64,000 nt of DNA from Lama glama (GCA_028534125.1 JAPYYK010000093.1:372001-436000); one strand, 5' to 3'; positions 1 through 24,160 are shown, counted from the first letter of the stretch. A program made the numbers and translations. The notes: a model not told the origin generated them from the sequence alone.

Positions 1-2299
1 AGAACCAGGGTGTCCACCTGAGTGTCATGCTATGGTCCCACCCACCTCTCCCCCTGTCCTCTGTCTACCATAGCTGCTCCTGGGTCGGGCCTCTGTTCTG
101 TCCTGGTGTCCCCCCAGCTTCCTGCTTGGCTGCCAGCACCACACCCTTGACCTACCACTTATCCTTCCCTCTTGAGTCATGGCTGCTGGAAAGACAAAGG
201 GACCACCCTGAGTCCACGGTTTGTGTGACCTTGGTCTGTCCACCTGTGAAATGGGGGGTCTCTGCAATGACCTCTGTAGGGGGCAGAAAATGTTCTCTTG
301 ACTCTTAAAAGGGAGAGGAAGGGAGACTGAGGCTGGAAGGGGACAGGGAAGTGGACCCTCAGCTGCTGGGTAGGGGACAAGTGTCCCAGCTCCAGCCCGG
401 CTTGCCCAGGTGCCATCTCCCTTAGTCTCTGCTGGGCCTGTCGCTGCAAGGAAAATCAGATGCAAAGCAAGTTTGTGCTGTCGTCCCCATCTCTGGGCAG
501 GGTCATGGGGTGGCCCAACCACTGACCAAGAGGGCCAGACAGGGAGACTGGTGCGTCAGTGGTCAGTGGTCCCAAAGTCACACAAAAGGGGGCATCCCTT
601 ACCATCACCTCAGTTCTCCTGTGCCCTAGATAGTGGCCTGTTCTGTCTCGGTTCACCTGACTCAGGATGGTATGATTGAGCTGACCCATCACTTCACATC
701 CTTGGTCTCCTCTCCCCTCTGGGCCCCCACGCCTGGCTGAGACTTGTGGCTCCTGGGTCTTCCTCTGCTTCAGGATGTGTTCCCTTCCCCCTGTTCTGTG
801 AAGCAAGTGCCTAGGTGCATAGGACAGCCAGGCAGTTACCTGGCCCTTGTGGTTAGCCAGGCCAGTGCTGTTCTCCTTGCTCTGTGGATATTTTGGGCCC
901 TGGGGGATGGGCCGCAGTGATCAGGCAGCACCTTCAGGCTTTCCTAGGCCCTCTCCCTGTGTGCGCACTCAGCAGGTGGGGATTGTCAGCGGAGGGTTCC
1001 TAGCTGCTCCCCTGCCATGCAGAGCCCAGTGAAGGGGTTTGGGGGGCTGCTGCCACTTGACCACAGCCCAAACCCAGGGGAATAACTGGGACTGGGGCCT
1101 CTAGTGCCCAGGGGCTGAGCCCATAGAGGGGCTCGCTTTGCCAGCCACCCATCTGTGCCACCCACAATGCTCCACTCTCCTGGAAAGCAGGCTCGGGATA
1201 GTCAGAAGCCCAGTGATTCCAGGCAGCTGGTGGCATTTGTGAGGCAAGGTCAGACCCTTCTCAGGGAGGCCCCTGGGTGGTGGACATATCCTGGGCCAGA
1301 GCCGTGAAGGCCGCAGCTGTGCCCCATTTCTCCTAGTAAACTTGGATCTAGGGTAGGAGGTAGTGCGGATGCAGGAGGGCAGGGGTCTCGGCAGCGTCTG
1401 CTGCTGCAGAAACTCAGACCTGCATCTGCCTGGGACAGCAGGGAGTGAACCTGGTGGCAAGGGCTGTGTAGCCCAGCTGCAGTACAGGGCACAGGGACAG
1501 CGCTGGGGAAACTGAAGAGGTCTCCCACAGAGGGACTAGAGCCATGTGACAGCAGCCTCTCTGTTTCCTCATTTGTGAGATGGGGATGAGACTAGGACTG
1601 ATTCCTGGGGACTTGCTGTGAGACTGGCTTCCGTAGTGGACATGATGGGCTTAGAAAAACATCAGACAGTTAAGGCACTATTCAAGGCTTGGCCGTGGTC
1701 ATCATTGCTGCTCATGGCAGTTTCTGTGTTTGCCCTTCAAGCTCTGAGGTTGTCTTGACCAGCCCTGAGGGATGTGGGGGCCAGAGTCCCCAAGTCTGAC
1801 TTCTCCACAGACCCCACCACCCACCCGACTCAGAGGGACAGACCTGCCACAGTGATCAGGAGGGTTGGGACCCATGTAAATGGGACAAGGCACAGATATA
1901 CCCAGCACAGAACTACATGGGCAAAGACCCAGAGTTGCTGAGAGGCAGTGCCTGGCAGGTACCGGTGTGACTGGCAGTGATTGGGGCAGAGCAGAGGGAA
2001 GAGCCCGGGTGAAGGCCGGGAGGGAAAGCTGGGCCCAGCCAAGGTGTGCTCTACCTGGAGCTCAGGACAGGGAGCAGTGAAGGGAAGGGGTAAGGGCCTG
2101 CCCAGATTTCTAGGTTGCCCTCCTCGAGATCTGATGGTGTGTCTGGGATGGGGCCGGGGAATCTGCTTTTTAAAAAAATCACCCTTCTTGAGCATCGTCC
2201 CACAGTATCTGAGCTGCACTTTGGGAAGGGCTGAGCAGGCCAGGCATCGTCCTGCATGTCTCCCTGCCCTTCTGAATCCTGGCTATGGGATCTGAGGCC

Positions 2300-2420
2300 A
2301 AGACTTTACTTTTCTGAGCCTCAGCGTCCTTGTCTGTAAAATGGGAAAAATAGTACCTGTGTGTGAGGTTGCTATGACAGTCACGAGAGAGAGGGCCAGC
2401 AAATGCCTCAGTGCTGACCA
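2300..2420 (+). mobile_element. MIR SINE fragment (similar ones near 1555-1690, 33145-33240, 47150-47250, 55950-56140, 62365-62430)
   Basis: Core motif TCTGAGCCTCAG..CTGTAAAATGGG; boundaries approximate. Confidence 0.6.
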
Positions 2421-3013
2421 AAGGGAAATACAGGGTGGGGCTCTGCCAGGCCAGGGAAGCATCTTGAGTCACTACATGGGGACGTGCGTGCATGTGCATG
2501 TGTGTGAGAGAGAGACTGCGTGCCTCCCAGGTCCTGGGCCCAGCGAGCAGGGGGCTGGGCCTTGGGCCATTTCTGGGAGGCAGAAGAATGCTGCCACACC
2601 CCTATGCAGGGCTTCTTTCTGCCAGCAGTGCCCAGGCGCCATGTTGGGGAGCACCAGGCACAGAGTGGCGAGCCTGCATATGTGAGAATGACAGGGTGAC
2701 TCCTAAGGGGCTGGCCTCTAGTCTCCAGCCAGACTCAGCCAGAGCAGTGAGAGTCACAGTGGGCAGTGGACTTTGTAGGAAGCACAGGCCTGGAGTGGGT
2801 CCACCATGGGGTGCAGGTGGTCTAGGTTGTCTTGACCCCTGTGGCCCTGCCAGCAGCACCTCTGAGCACTCTGCTACCCACCTGTCTCCATCTCACTGTG
2901 CATTGATGGGGAGGGTGAGTTCTGCCTCCGGGGCCACACGACTGGGCCACTAGTTGCTTGCCTGTGTGGCCCCACTGGGCCTGCTCCCTAACTGCCTGTG
3001 CCCTTTGTTCCAG

Positions 3014-7056
<4,043 letters not shown>

Positions 7057-7715
7057 GGGGCAGCGGGGCCTGGCAGGACGGTGAGCCTGAGGGGGCTGGG
7101 GAGGAGCAAAGGGGGCCTTCAGCACCCAGAGAAGGGGTGGGGTGGGGGCTGAGGAGGTCCCAGTGCGGGGGGGGGGTGGGCCTGGGCAGCCAGTAGGAGA
7201 CCAAAGGGCAAGGGCAGCACAGGGTGCTGAGGGCCACAGTGCAGGGCACTGAGGAGGCAGCACACGTAGGCCCCAGGCTCATTCCGTTCAGCGGCCCAGA
7301 AGCGCCTGGCGGTGCCCTGGGGCAGAACTACAGGGCTCTCCCGACCTTCCATGGAGAAAACTCAACTTCCTCACCAGCAGGCCACTGGCCTAGCTTGAAG
7401 TCTGTTGATGATCGAGGGGCCCAGCTGCCCGCCACTCAGTATGACCAGCTCTGCACTCTCAGCCCTGCCCTGTTTCCCTCGGACCTATGTGAGGGTCCTA
7501 AGCTGGGGCGGGCCCCACCGGCCCTGGGGGAGGAGGGGACTCTGTGGTGCTACAGACTCCCCTCCCCCATGTAGCCCAGCAATGCACACTGGCTCCTGGG
7601 CAGCTACTGTGTCCCTGGTGGGGAAAAAGGAGAAGGGTCATTGTCTAGGGAGGTGGGAGGAGCGACACACACTGGCTACCTCCTGACCCATGCCCTGACT
7701 GTCCCCCACCTCCAG

Positions 7716-8705
7716 GGCCACCGCCGACTCTGCTCCCCCCAGCCCCTGAGGAAGATGGGGGCAAGAGGACCACGCTCCCCGCCTGTCCCCCTGGCCGCTT
7801 TTCCTCCTCTTTCCACTCTCTGTTCTTGGATCCCCTGTCCCCTCCCTCAGGTCCAGAGACTGGGGGCAGGGGTTGCCACAGGCCTCTGTGTTTGAAGCCC
7901 GCCCTTGTCCCAGGTGCAGGGAAGGGCCATGGGTACCCTCTCCTGGCATCTCTTCTGGTTTTAACCATCATCTTGTTCTGTGATGGGGAGGGGAGCACAT
8001 ACTGAGTTTCCCAAGGCCTGTGTTTGGAGGGGCACCCAATTCTCCGGCCTGGGACCCTTAGCTTCACCCAACACCAGCCCCTGACCCAGCCCCAGTCCAG
8101 ATGTTTACAGGGAGCCTCCCGCCCGACCCCCTACTCCAGGCCCACCCCCCCCAGCCACTCGGAGGCCCCAAAGGAAAAAGCACAAGAAGCGTGAAACGCC
8201 ACCATTCCTGGAGACCACAGTCCACCTGCTAATTCTCGTAGCTTTTTAAAAAAATGAAAGTCAAGAGAAAAAAAAAACTGCAAACCTAGAAAACTTTTTA
8301 GAGAAAAACTATTTAAAACTGTCCAATCCTGACCAGCGCCCACCCAACCCCTTTCCAGTGATTCTGTGCCTTGAGTGTGTCTGTGTGTTTACACCCATCC
8401 CTCTGCTGGTTGCCCCCTGTGTGGGCGGTGCCCTGCCCTCCACAGAATTGGGTTCCAAGGGCTGTTCCAGATAACTGCCAATGTCACTGAGGGCCTGCCC
8501 CTGCGGCCCTGGGCCCTGGCTCCATTAACCTAAATGTAGCTCCTTAGCGCTAACCTAGGAACCGCCGCTGCCTGCTGAGGGGCCCTGCCCCTCATGCCCT
8601 CGCCCCAGGCCCGGGACCTTCAGCGTTGAACACTTCCTTGCTTTTTTCACGTTTTATGGAATTGTTCACCTGGTTTGAAATAATAAAATGTAGAAAGAAA
8701 AAATA
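7716..8705 (+). other. GNAI2: GNAI2 non-coding terminal exon (3' UTR)
   Basis: Donor after 7080 (ACG|gtgagc), acceptor ctccag|GGCCACCGCC at 7716, AATAAA at 8682-8687; 3' end approximate. Confidence 0.8.
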
Positions 8706-9529
8706 CCGAGAACTGCTCCGCATTCTTCTCCCCCTCAGGGGCAGAGACCCAGTCTGAAATGGGCCAAGGTGTTGGGGATGTGGACCTGGACCCTCACTTC
8801 TGGCAGGGCCCTGGGTGCTTAGGTCTCCAGGTCATACTCAGGCCCAGGTCTTACCGCTTCAGCCTTCCCACTTGGACTAGTCATCTTACACGTTGGGCCC
8901 TGTATGTCTCCCCCTCTCCCTCCAGCACCTCTGCAGTCTGGGGTTGGTTGCTGGAATGGTGGGGCCCATTTCTTAAGGTGCTGTTCTAGGGTATTCTTAC
9001 ACATTGGGAGCAGGTGGAGTGTCCAGTGCATCTAGTGCAGAGGAAAATGTGACTTCTCACCTTCCAGGCCCAGGGCCCAGAAATGGTGTGCGCTACTGAG
9101 GTCACACAGCCAGGTAGGCTGCAGCCCTTTGCACACCCTCCACCCCCCCGCCCCGCCCAGAATTGAGACCCCCTTGGGCTTGATTAAACAGAAACTTGAG
9201 GACAGTAGGGGTCTTGAGGCATGTCCAGAAAGATCTCTGCCCCAGAGGTCCCTCTCCAAAGCTGAAGTGGGTAGGCACAGGCCGGTGGCTACACTTCAGT
9301 GTGTCTGTCGCCATGGGCAGGGGCGGGCTGTGGCTGTGTTGGGATTAGGGCTCTCAGAATGCAGAGGCTTCCATGAAGCTATGGGAAGTGCTCGTGCGTT
9401 GCTGGAGGGAACGGCAGATAACCCGGGCCAGGGTGCCTGTGGGGTGGGCCCTGAGCGCCAGGCAAAGCGCTTGGACTCTGCCTTGGACAGTGGGGACTGC
9501 GGCCCGCTCAGCCTGTGGGAAACGCTGGG

Positions 9530-10110
9530 TGAAAGGCCCGCCTCTGCTGGCGTGGGGCTCGGAGGGGAGCGCTTCCGCCTTTGGCCGCCAGAGGGCGCCA
9601 AAGCCCGCGCCGGGCCGGTCACGGAGGCTGACGTCATCCGGTCTTGCAGAGGCCGCGGGGCACAAAGGCAGCTTTGTAGGGCGGCGGCGGCTCCGCGCCC
9701 GCGGTGGGACAAAGCGGCCTGGGCTGGGGTCGGCGCCGCGGAGGCGGGGCGGGTAGGGGCTGGAGAAGGGTAGGGGCCGGGGACCTGGGACCCCGCCTCC
9801 TCACACCTGCCTTTCCCCTAAGCCTCGGGGACGGGGGGGCGAGTCCTGGCAGGAGATGAGAGGCTGCAGCCGCCCCAGCCCTATCGGAAGGAGATCAAGG
9901 CCCCCCAGTCCCCGTCCCCGCCCTAGTCCCTCGGGCCTTTCCTGCTACCCCTGTCTCTGAGGGCGGAGGAGCGCCAAGTGACAGGGAGAAAATCCCACGC
10001 TCAAGCCAGGATCCCTTTCTGCCTTCAGCGGTCAGCCCTGGACCCCGCTGAACCCTAGATATGCGGGCGGGGCGGGAACTCCGGTGCCCCGATGCCCGCC
10101 TAACAGGAAG
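9530..10110. promoter_or_regulatory. Intergenic CpG island with CTCF motif, full CRE and GC boxes
   Basis: CpG-dense; TGGCCGCCAGAGGGCGCCA 9582-9600; TGACGTCA 9629-9636; GGGGCGGG elements. Confidence 0.7.
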
Positions 10111-13100
10111 CGGGCGCCAGCAATGGTTCCTTCCTTCTGTCCTGAGGGGGATCCCTGCACAGAGGGACCATTAAGGGCCTGGCATTGTCTGTCTGACGAA
10201 CCCAATGCCTCCCTCCCTGGGTGGGCCACACAGGTTTCTGGCCAGGATCTCCTTGTACCCAGCTTGGCAGTGGGTCTGGGTGGGGTCCTGGCAAGCAAGG
10301 CTTCCCTGGGTGCAGACAGCAAGGCCCCCACCTGCCCTTGGCCCTCCTACCTCTGCTCTGATTTTGAGAGCATAAGGCTTCATTGTCCCAGCACTGGCGG
10401 GGGCGGCCTCTCAATTCATCCTTGTCTTTGGTGGTTGGGAAATTCCCAGCCATGGGGGGCGGTAGACAAGGGGGGCATCCCAGGTGTCCTGCACCCCAAC
10501 AGGAGGGACTGCATGAAGTTGACTCCTGGGGATCCCCTACTCTCTTGAGCTGTTCAGGGCTGGACCTCAGCCATGGGAGAGTCAGTGCTCCCTGGCTGTG
10601 TCCCCCCCAGAGTTCTCCCAGCCTAAGAAGACCCATCTTCCTGGCCCCACCCATGGGCAGCTGCATCTGTGAGGCTCAGAATCCTTAGACAGGCAGAGCC
10701 AGGCAAAGAACCCAGGTTCCTGCGCCCAAACCAAGCCTATGGATCCCAGTATGAGGTGAGCTGTCTCCATGGCGATCCCAGTGGGGACCTCCAGGAGGTT
10801 GACCACCTCCCAGAGGGCGTGCTCCACTCCAAATAGTTGCTCAGGCTACTGATGTGGTAGCAGCCTCACTATTTTTAACCCATTGGGTTGGGGGTGGTAG
10901 GGAAACAGCTGGGAAGAGAGAAAGAGACAAGCTCTGAGTCAGAGAGGTCTAAAGAGGGGAGGGTATAGGGAGACCCTGTGGGGAGGAGCCAGTTCAGGCT
11001 GGCAGCCACTTCCCAACTCCCCTAGCCAGACCCCCCTCACCCCCAGCAGGTGGGTGGAGGCCCAGGTGCCAGGCCCAGAATGGGAAGGGGGCCCCTTAGA
11101 ACTGGAGCTATAGAGGCTGCAGGGGCTGCCAAGGCCTGCAAGAACCTTTATCATGTTCCAGGGCAGCCCCATGGCTTCTCCTGATGTCAGGAAGTCCTCC
11201 TACGTCCCTGAGAGCCCTTCAGAGTCATCCTCCCCAAACCCAGAGTGCTAAACCAGCCACTAAGGCTGGGGAATACAAGCCCAGACTCCAGCCACCTGGC
11301 CTGTGGCATGGCCAGCCATGTCCTAGTTGCTCTGGGAATCAGGGAGAGGGCAGGGGCAGGACTGCTTTGGTTTCTCCCCTTGGAGGAGACATAGCCTCAC
11401 AGGTGATCTTATTTAGGAGAAAAATCAGTTTGACATTCCTGGGCAGTGACTCTGTTTTCTGACCTCAGAAAACAGGTGGAGGGAGTCAAGGCCTGAGTGG
11501 CTGCTGCAGGGTCAGGGAGGGGCCTGAAGTCTCCCTTATCCTTCAGCCGCCATCCTTGCCCAGGTCAGCAGGCCCAGGAAGGTGGAAGGGCTTCCTGCGG
11601 GCACGGTATCTCTTGCTTCCCTGTGCCTGTTCTCTGCCAGCTATGGGGCCCCCAAGAGATGGTGGCTGCCGGTGAATCCAGAGCCCTGCAAAGAGGCTGG
11701 TGTTACAAGCCTCTGGGGCTTCACAGAGGAAGATGGGTGGTGAGTGGTGAGGAAAAGTCCAGCAGGTGGCAAAGGGGGAGGGCCTGATGGGCAGAGGGTA
11801 AAGCCCGAGCTAAGTCCTGGCAAAGGAAGAGCTGCTACCTCCCAAAAATGGCGTAGCAGGAGCGCTGGCAGGGTTAGCCAGGGCTGAGCCAGCGGGGGCG
11901 GGGGGAGAATGTGAATGCCCGCTAAGAGCCTGGGATGTCCCCAAGCTTCAGCAGGCTCTCCAAGTGAGGAGCTGGGGTGGGCAGGGTGCTGCATTGGAAG
12001 GAGAAGTGGTAGGAAAGATCACGGGGACCCAGCCCAGGACCTGTGAGGAGGGCAGGGGGAGGAGGTGGGGCCCTGTCCTGTCTTAAAGGAGACAGAAAGG
12101 CCTCCTTGAGTTGGGAGCTTGCTGCAGGAGGGTGTGGGCACTGCTGGTGGGGGTTGGAGACTTGTGGAGTGAGAAGACTGAGGAGTCCCCAGCGAATGTG
12201 GAGGGACAGGGATGGAGGTTCAGGTAGAGCATTGTGCTGGGGGTAGGGGGTGGGTAGGGGACTGGTGGGGGAGGGGAGGGGACAGAAGAGGAACCAAGCC
12301 TGAACAAGGGCCCCATGAAGCTGGGCTGGAAGAGGCAGCAGGCCAGCAGGCCACAGGATGCCCAGCGCTGAGACGGCAGAGTGCACACCTGGGTACCTTG
12401 CAGTGTGCCAGATTTGCCTGGCCCACTGTTTACAATCTCGGGGCAAGTAAGGAGAGTGATCAGAGAGATTCAGTCTCCCCCTAAGGACACACAGCTGGTG
12501 AGCAGCAGAGTCAGGATTCAACCCCGCCACTCCCCGGCTACTAAGGGGGTTGACCCCTGGTGCAGGCTCCCATCCACCCTTCCAGAGCATCTGGAACCCC
12601 CTGCCCAGTACTCCTGGGAGGCTCTCCCCAGCCTAGGAAGGAAATGTAGCACTTATGTTAATGTATGTTAATGAGTACAGAGTGCCACCGGAGCCTGCTT
12701 CTGCAGCATTCCTGGCACCTCCTCCCCACCCCCTCCCGGGCTATGGAGAAGGAGAGGAGAGGGAGGCCCCACTCCCAGCCCCCTCTTCTCTCTCCCCAGC
12801 CCCTCCCCCCGTGCTGGGCAATGAAGAAAACAGGAGTGAGTGAAGAGCTGTGATGTGGCTGGTGGGGGGGGGGCTCCCCCGTCCCGGAGGGGCTGACCTC
12901 AGCCAGGGAGGAATGTGCAGGAGGCGGAGGGCAGGGGTGGAGCGAGTGGGGGTAGGGCCCTAGCCAGAGACCCAGGGTTCCTAGTGGCCCCTCCCTCAGC
13001 CCCTCCATCTCAGCTCTGACATGGCTCTCAGAAAGGAAGGGAACAGGCAAGGAGGGGAGGAGCTGATCTTTCCAAAAAGGTGGGCCAGGGGTCTTCTGAG

Positions 13101-15439
13101 AGCATGGAAACCGGGCTAGAGGTGGGGTGGGGGCAGATGCCTGGCAGACCCTTCCAGGGAGATCCCCTGGGGTGGGCAGCAGATTGCCAGGGAAGTCAGG
13201 CCTCAGTTGGGCTCTCCAGGGCCCACTTCCCACCCCCCTACCCCTGCTTCCCTATTCCCCAAGCCTAAATCCTCCGGGTTGCACGTCCTAGTACCCACGT
13301 GGCTGCCCGGAAGAGGGAAAGGTCGAGATGTTGGAGCCATCAGCCTTGATGGCTAAAGCAGGTGTGAGTGGGAGCCAAGGCCTGACCCAACCCAGGCTGG
13401 GCACTGGAAGGGTTGGCTGTAGCCTTCCTCAGATGGATGTCCTACCCCAGCCCGGCCACAACACCAGAGTCCGGGCAGGATGCCGAGGGGCAGGCCCAGC
13501 TGGTGATGAGGGGTGGGGAGGCAGGTGCTGGTGTCGGCAACACTGGGACTTGGCACAACAGTCTAGTTATTTCCAGAAGGAAAAACCGAGGCCTTGGCAG
13601 GCTGTGCCACTGACAGTTGGCACCAGGGACCCCTGCTGCCTCCCTTAGTTTCTTCTATTCTGTTGAGACCCAGGCCCAGGCTGCCTTGATTCCAGAATCC
13701 TTGGGGACTTCCAGAGCCCACTGTGACCCACAGCCAGTGACCCTGCCCCTGTAAGGCTGCCTCCATGAGGTCCCTATTCAGGGTCTGCTCTGCTGGGACC
13801 TGGGGTTAAGGAGCAGAAAGGAAACCTTGTGGGGCTGGGGACAACTTGAGCTCTGCGCTCTGGGGATCTTCCTTCCTGCCCCAGGGACAGAAGCTGGAAG
13901 GCAGTGCCAAGGGCTCAGGTGGGCCAAGGACAGCCTAGTCCCTTTGGCTGGTGGTTGAGTTCCAAGGTGTTGGGAAGATAGTTGGGAGTCCTGGTCCCAT
14001 TTTCCACTATGGACACAGGGTGGCAGGGATGCAGCAGAGGCTGGGATCCTAGGCCTGAAGAACTAAAAGGAGTGGGGGCAGGTAGGGGGCACAGCGCGGG
14101 TGGGTGGGGACCTCAAAGGCACTTGCTGATCTTGGCTGCTTGGGTGGAAAATTGTAAACAGCCGAAGAATTTTGTTTGCTTGCACGGGGCCAGGGGAGGC
14201 TGCCCAGGTCCAAGGCAAAAGAGCCTGGGAGGAGGGAGAAGCCACATCTTGGAAGCCCAGGAGCTCAGGCTGGGCTGCGTCCCTCCACTCCCTCTCCCGA
14301 AGGCCCCTGGTCCTTCCACTGACCACCACCCTCCCTGGCCAACCAGCCAGCCTGGCCAGGCCAGGAACTCCAGGTCCTGAGGCTCAAGAAAGAGGGGCAT
14401 GGCCGTACCCTGGCTGAGCACAGACACTTCTACTCTAGGGGACTTGGCAGGAGGTGGGCAGCAGAACTCTGCATGCTTGAGGTGCTCTTACCGCCTCCCT
14501 CGCAGACCCCTGAGCAGCTGCTGATCAGCCTTGGGGAGGTTGGGAAGAGGATGCATTTGGGGGGCATTGAGGAGCAGACACTCACTCTTAAGCCCTGGTC
14601 TGTTCACCCAGGTGGACCTGAGGGCCCCACTCAGCCAATATCAACATTCAGCCCCTCCAAGAAAGTACCCCTGGCAATATAAATAGTGTGTGTCCACCAG
14701 ATAACTTTAGGCCAAAAGCTTAGACCCTTCCCAGCTGAGATGTAGGAGCCCCGTCCTGTCCGTGAAGTTCCCTTGGCTACCTCGCTCTGTGTCTGGTTGA
14801 GCAGTTCCTCCCCCCTGCAACCTAGGAGGAAAGACTGAAGTCACCACGGAGGGGCATGCCCCCCACCTCCCAGCAGAGACGTGGGACTGCCTGTCCAGGC
14901 TGGGTCTCCGGATGGGCCCACATTCCACAGTGCAGAATAAGTAAGTCTTCCCACCTGCCCCTCTCCAGCCCTCCTCTTCCGCCCCAGACTGGCTGTCATC
15001 ACAGCCACTGCCAGTCAGGTAGCAGAAGTACTAAGTGGCCCAAGCAATGAGGAGGGACTGGCGCTGGGTCTTGGGGGCCATCAGATCTCTAGCTGAGAAC
15101 CTCCTCCCCTGACCTCTGACCAGCCCTTCCTAGCCGGCACCTGGAACTGAGGAGGCAGCTGAGTCCCTCATTACCTGCCTCCAGCTCCCCAGCTGTGGAG
15201 GGACAGGTGAAAAACGCGAGTCCCTGGGGGTACCCGTCGAGCTGTTCCCTCTGCCTGTTGCACAGAGCTGCCTAGGGCGTCCCTGTTGCTTCTTCCTCCT
15301 TTGCCTTCGCTGGCTGATCCCCCTTGCAGGACAACTGCCTGGGGCATCCTATTGCTGTGAAGCCCGACAGGAGAGGGGTCAGCCCTACCTGCCTCTCCCT
15401 TGTGCCCACTCCACTCTGGCCCAGCCACCAACTCCAGCC

Positions 15440-15600
15440 GGTTCCCGGCTGCCTGCCCAGTCACCCGATCCGCCCCGTAAACTTGACGGCAGCGTGTGGG
15501 GCGGTGGCTGGCTTGGTGGGGGCGGGGGCTGCTCCTTAAAGGAGCCGTCAGAAGGTGCCTTGGGGCCCCTGGGCTTCTCCCCTTCTCCAGGGTGAGAAGG
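15440..15600 (+). promoter_or_regulatory. Candidate SEMA3B upstream promoter / non-coding first exon region
   Basis: Small CpG cluster, two GC boxes, TTAAAGG TATA-like element about 1.7 kb upstream of the ATG; exon limits not determined. Confidence 0.35.
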
Positions 15601-16369
15601 GGCTAGGGTGAGGAGGTGCTGCTGCCAGAGCTCTCGGTGGAGTGTGGGAAGGCAACCTGGCGTTTTGTGGCATCACAGACCTAGAAGAGGCCGTGGCAAG
15701 TGTCAGTGAAAGGAAGGAGGGAGGTGGGAGTCCTGGGGTGGGAGGGGTCTGAAAGCTGCGGGGCTCTGTGGGGGGAGGACAGGTAAGGGGTTTGAGGTGA
15801 GCTGGTGCTCCAGCAGCTGTGTCTCTTGCTTGATCTCACCCCAGGACCTTGCCCCACGCTGGGGCTCCTGTGCCCGGCACCTGCCCAACCAGTTTCTGGG
15901 AAGGAGGGTGGGCACTGCAGCCAGAGCTGCCCTATCTGAGAGGTCCAGGGAAGGGCTCTGGCTCGGAGAAGTGGAGGGGCTCAAAGGAGGGCCAAGACCG
16001 GAGGGAGGGAGAGGAGGCTCAGGGAGAAAGTGGAGGGAAGTCAGCTCACCCGAGCTAGGGGTGAGAGGCTGCCTCAGGCCCTTGGCTTTCCCCCACTTGA
16101 TTCTCTAGGGTCTGATGTCTGAGCTCACAGAATTTCTATGTGTGACCAGCCCTTCCCGCCGCCTTCTGGGGTAGGGAGGGACAGAGAGGTCAAGCTCGAA
16201 GCTGAGGCTGCTGGATCCAAGTGGGAGCAGCTCCCAAGTCAGAAACCGAGGCGTCTGCCCAGCCCCAGGGGCCCAGCCCCAGGGGCCCAGGCCCTGGGTC
16301 TCCCTGCAGCACTTCTCGGGAGTGCCCCAGAGTTGAAGGCAGTGATTGATGCTGCAGTTATATGTGCTC

Positions 16370-16625
16370 ACTTGCATGTCCAGAGAGCCGTGCATACACT
16401 TGTGCACACACATATGTGTAATGCACACATAAACGCTTACGAAGCATTCACACCATACAGACATGTGTACACTACATAGCATGCATACAATGCCATGTGT
16501 GTGCACGTGAATGCATGCCACACCTACATGTGTAATACAACACACATGGCACATGGTCTCACATGTGCACATATACATACACACTGTACACATACACACA
16601 CCAGAGGTGCATGATACATATACAC
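16370..16625 (+). repeat. Degenerate (CA/TA)n purine-pyrimidine tract upstream of SEMA3B
   Basis: cacacatatgtgtaatgcacacata.. alternating RY sequence. Confidence 0.7.
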
Positions 16626-17286
16626 AAAGGGACCCTCCGAAACATGTTCCCACTCAAAGGTGCCCACACCATTGGCTCCAGCCCCAAAGGTGCCTCTGTT
16701 TCTCTGTGGTCCTGTGGGGGCATAGCCTCCTCCAGAGGCCTGACCCTCCTCCTGTTACTCTCACAACCAGAACTGGCTTGTTTTGCTCATTGCACTTGGT
16801 GCCTCTTAAGTGATTGTGCCAATCTGAGTTCTTGTTGGCACTCTGCCCTCTCCTGCAGGGGGACCTTTTCTGTGTGCCCCAGTGCCCCCAGCCCCAGGCT
16901 GGCATGAAGTAGGCGCAAGGAGTTTGTGAATTAATGCCTGTGAGCGATTTACAGGAGGGCGGGTTGCTGGGGAGGGTGACGTGGTGGGGCGGGCGCCTGC
17001 CAGTGTGGGGTTGACCCCGAGGGTGTGCCCAGCGTGGGTGTGTCTGTGATTGTGGCCAGGCCGGGCACCCTCTGAGGGAGAGGAGGGCTCGGAAGTGGAA
17101 TGCGACCCCCCAGCCTCTTTCCCCTAGGGGCTGTAATCTGATCCCTGGGGACTCCCCCCCAGCCTCCCGCCCTCGCCCTTGCTGCAACTCCTTCTCTTCC
17201 AGATCCCGGGGCAGAGTCCAGGGAGGCTCAAGGCTCCTCCACGCGCGCCCGCTGAACCCTGAGCGCCCTAAGCCTGGGCTGCGGGG

Positions 17287-23714
<6,428 letters not shown>

Positions 23715-24160
23715 CTTGTTCGTCCCCACGCCGGGGACTGGGGAGGAGGCGACAGGTGGGGGAGGGGGCGGCCAGGCCGTGGGAGACAGCTAGGGGCCCG
23801 GCGCACTGCGGTTCCTGGCGGAGGGAGGCACCGACCGACAGGCCCTAGCCAAGGGGCAGCCGTGCCCGCTTATTTATTAACAGAGGATAATCTTTGAATG
23901 TAACCCCATTAGGGGCGGCCCAGGTGGGCACAGGGTTCAGCTGGTTGGAAGGAGGCAGAGAAACAGGGTTCGCGAGCAACGACCTGGGTGGGGGAAGGTG
24001 CCCGGAATGCCCACCTTGGGGGAAGGACCACCTCTTGGGGCAATGAGCAGAAAGCTGTGAACAGGTGTTGGTGGGGGTGGGGCAGCCCGATTGTACTAAT
24101 GCAATAAACACATTATCAGCTGAAGCTGAAATGGCCTCAGCAGAAAACCACTGGTCCTAG

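Noticed and set aside
25-3000. Many 60-165 aa ORFs on both strands
   Set aside because: GC-rich GNAI2 intron 1; no recognisable domains; expected by chance
9129-9773. 214-aa ORF over the CpG island
   Set aside because: Non-ATG start, Ala/Gly/Arg-rich composition typical of stop-poor GC DNA
16105-16653. Cys/Val/Met-rich and His/Thr-rich ORFs
   Set aside because: Translation of a degenerate (CA)n tract
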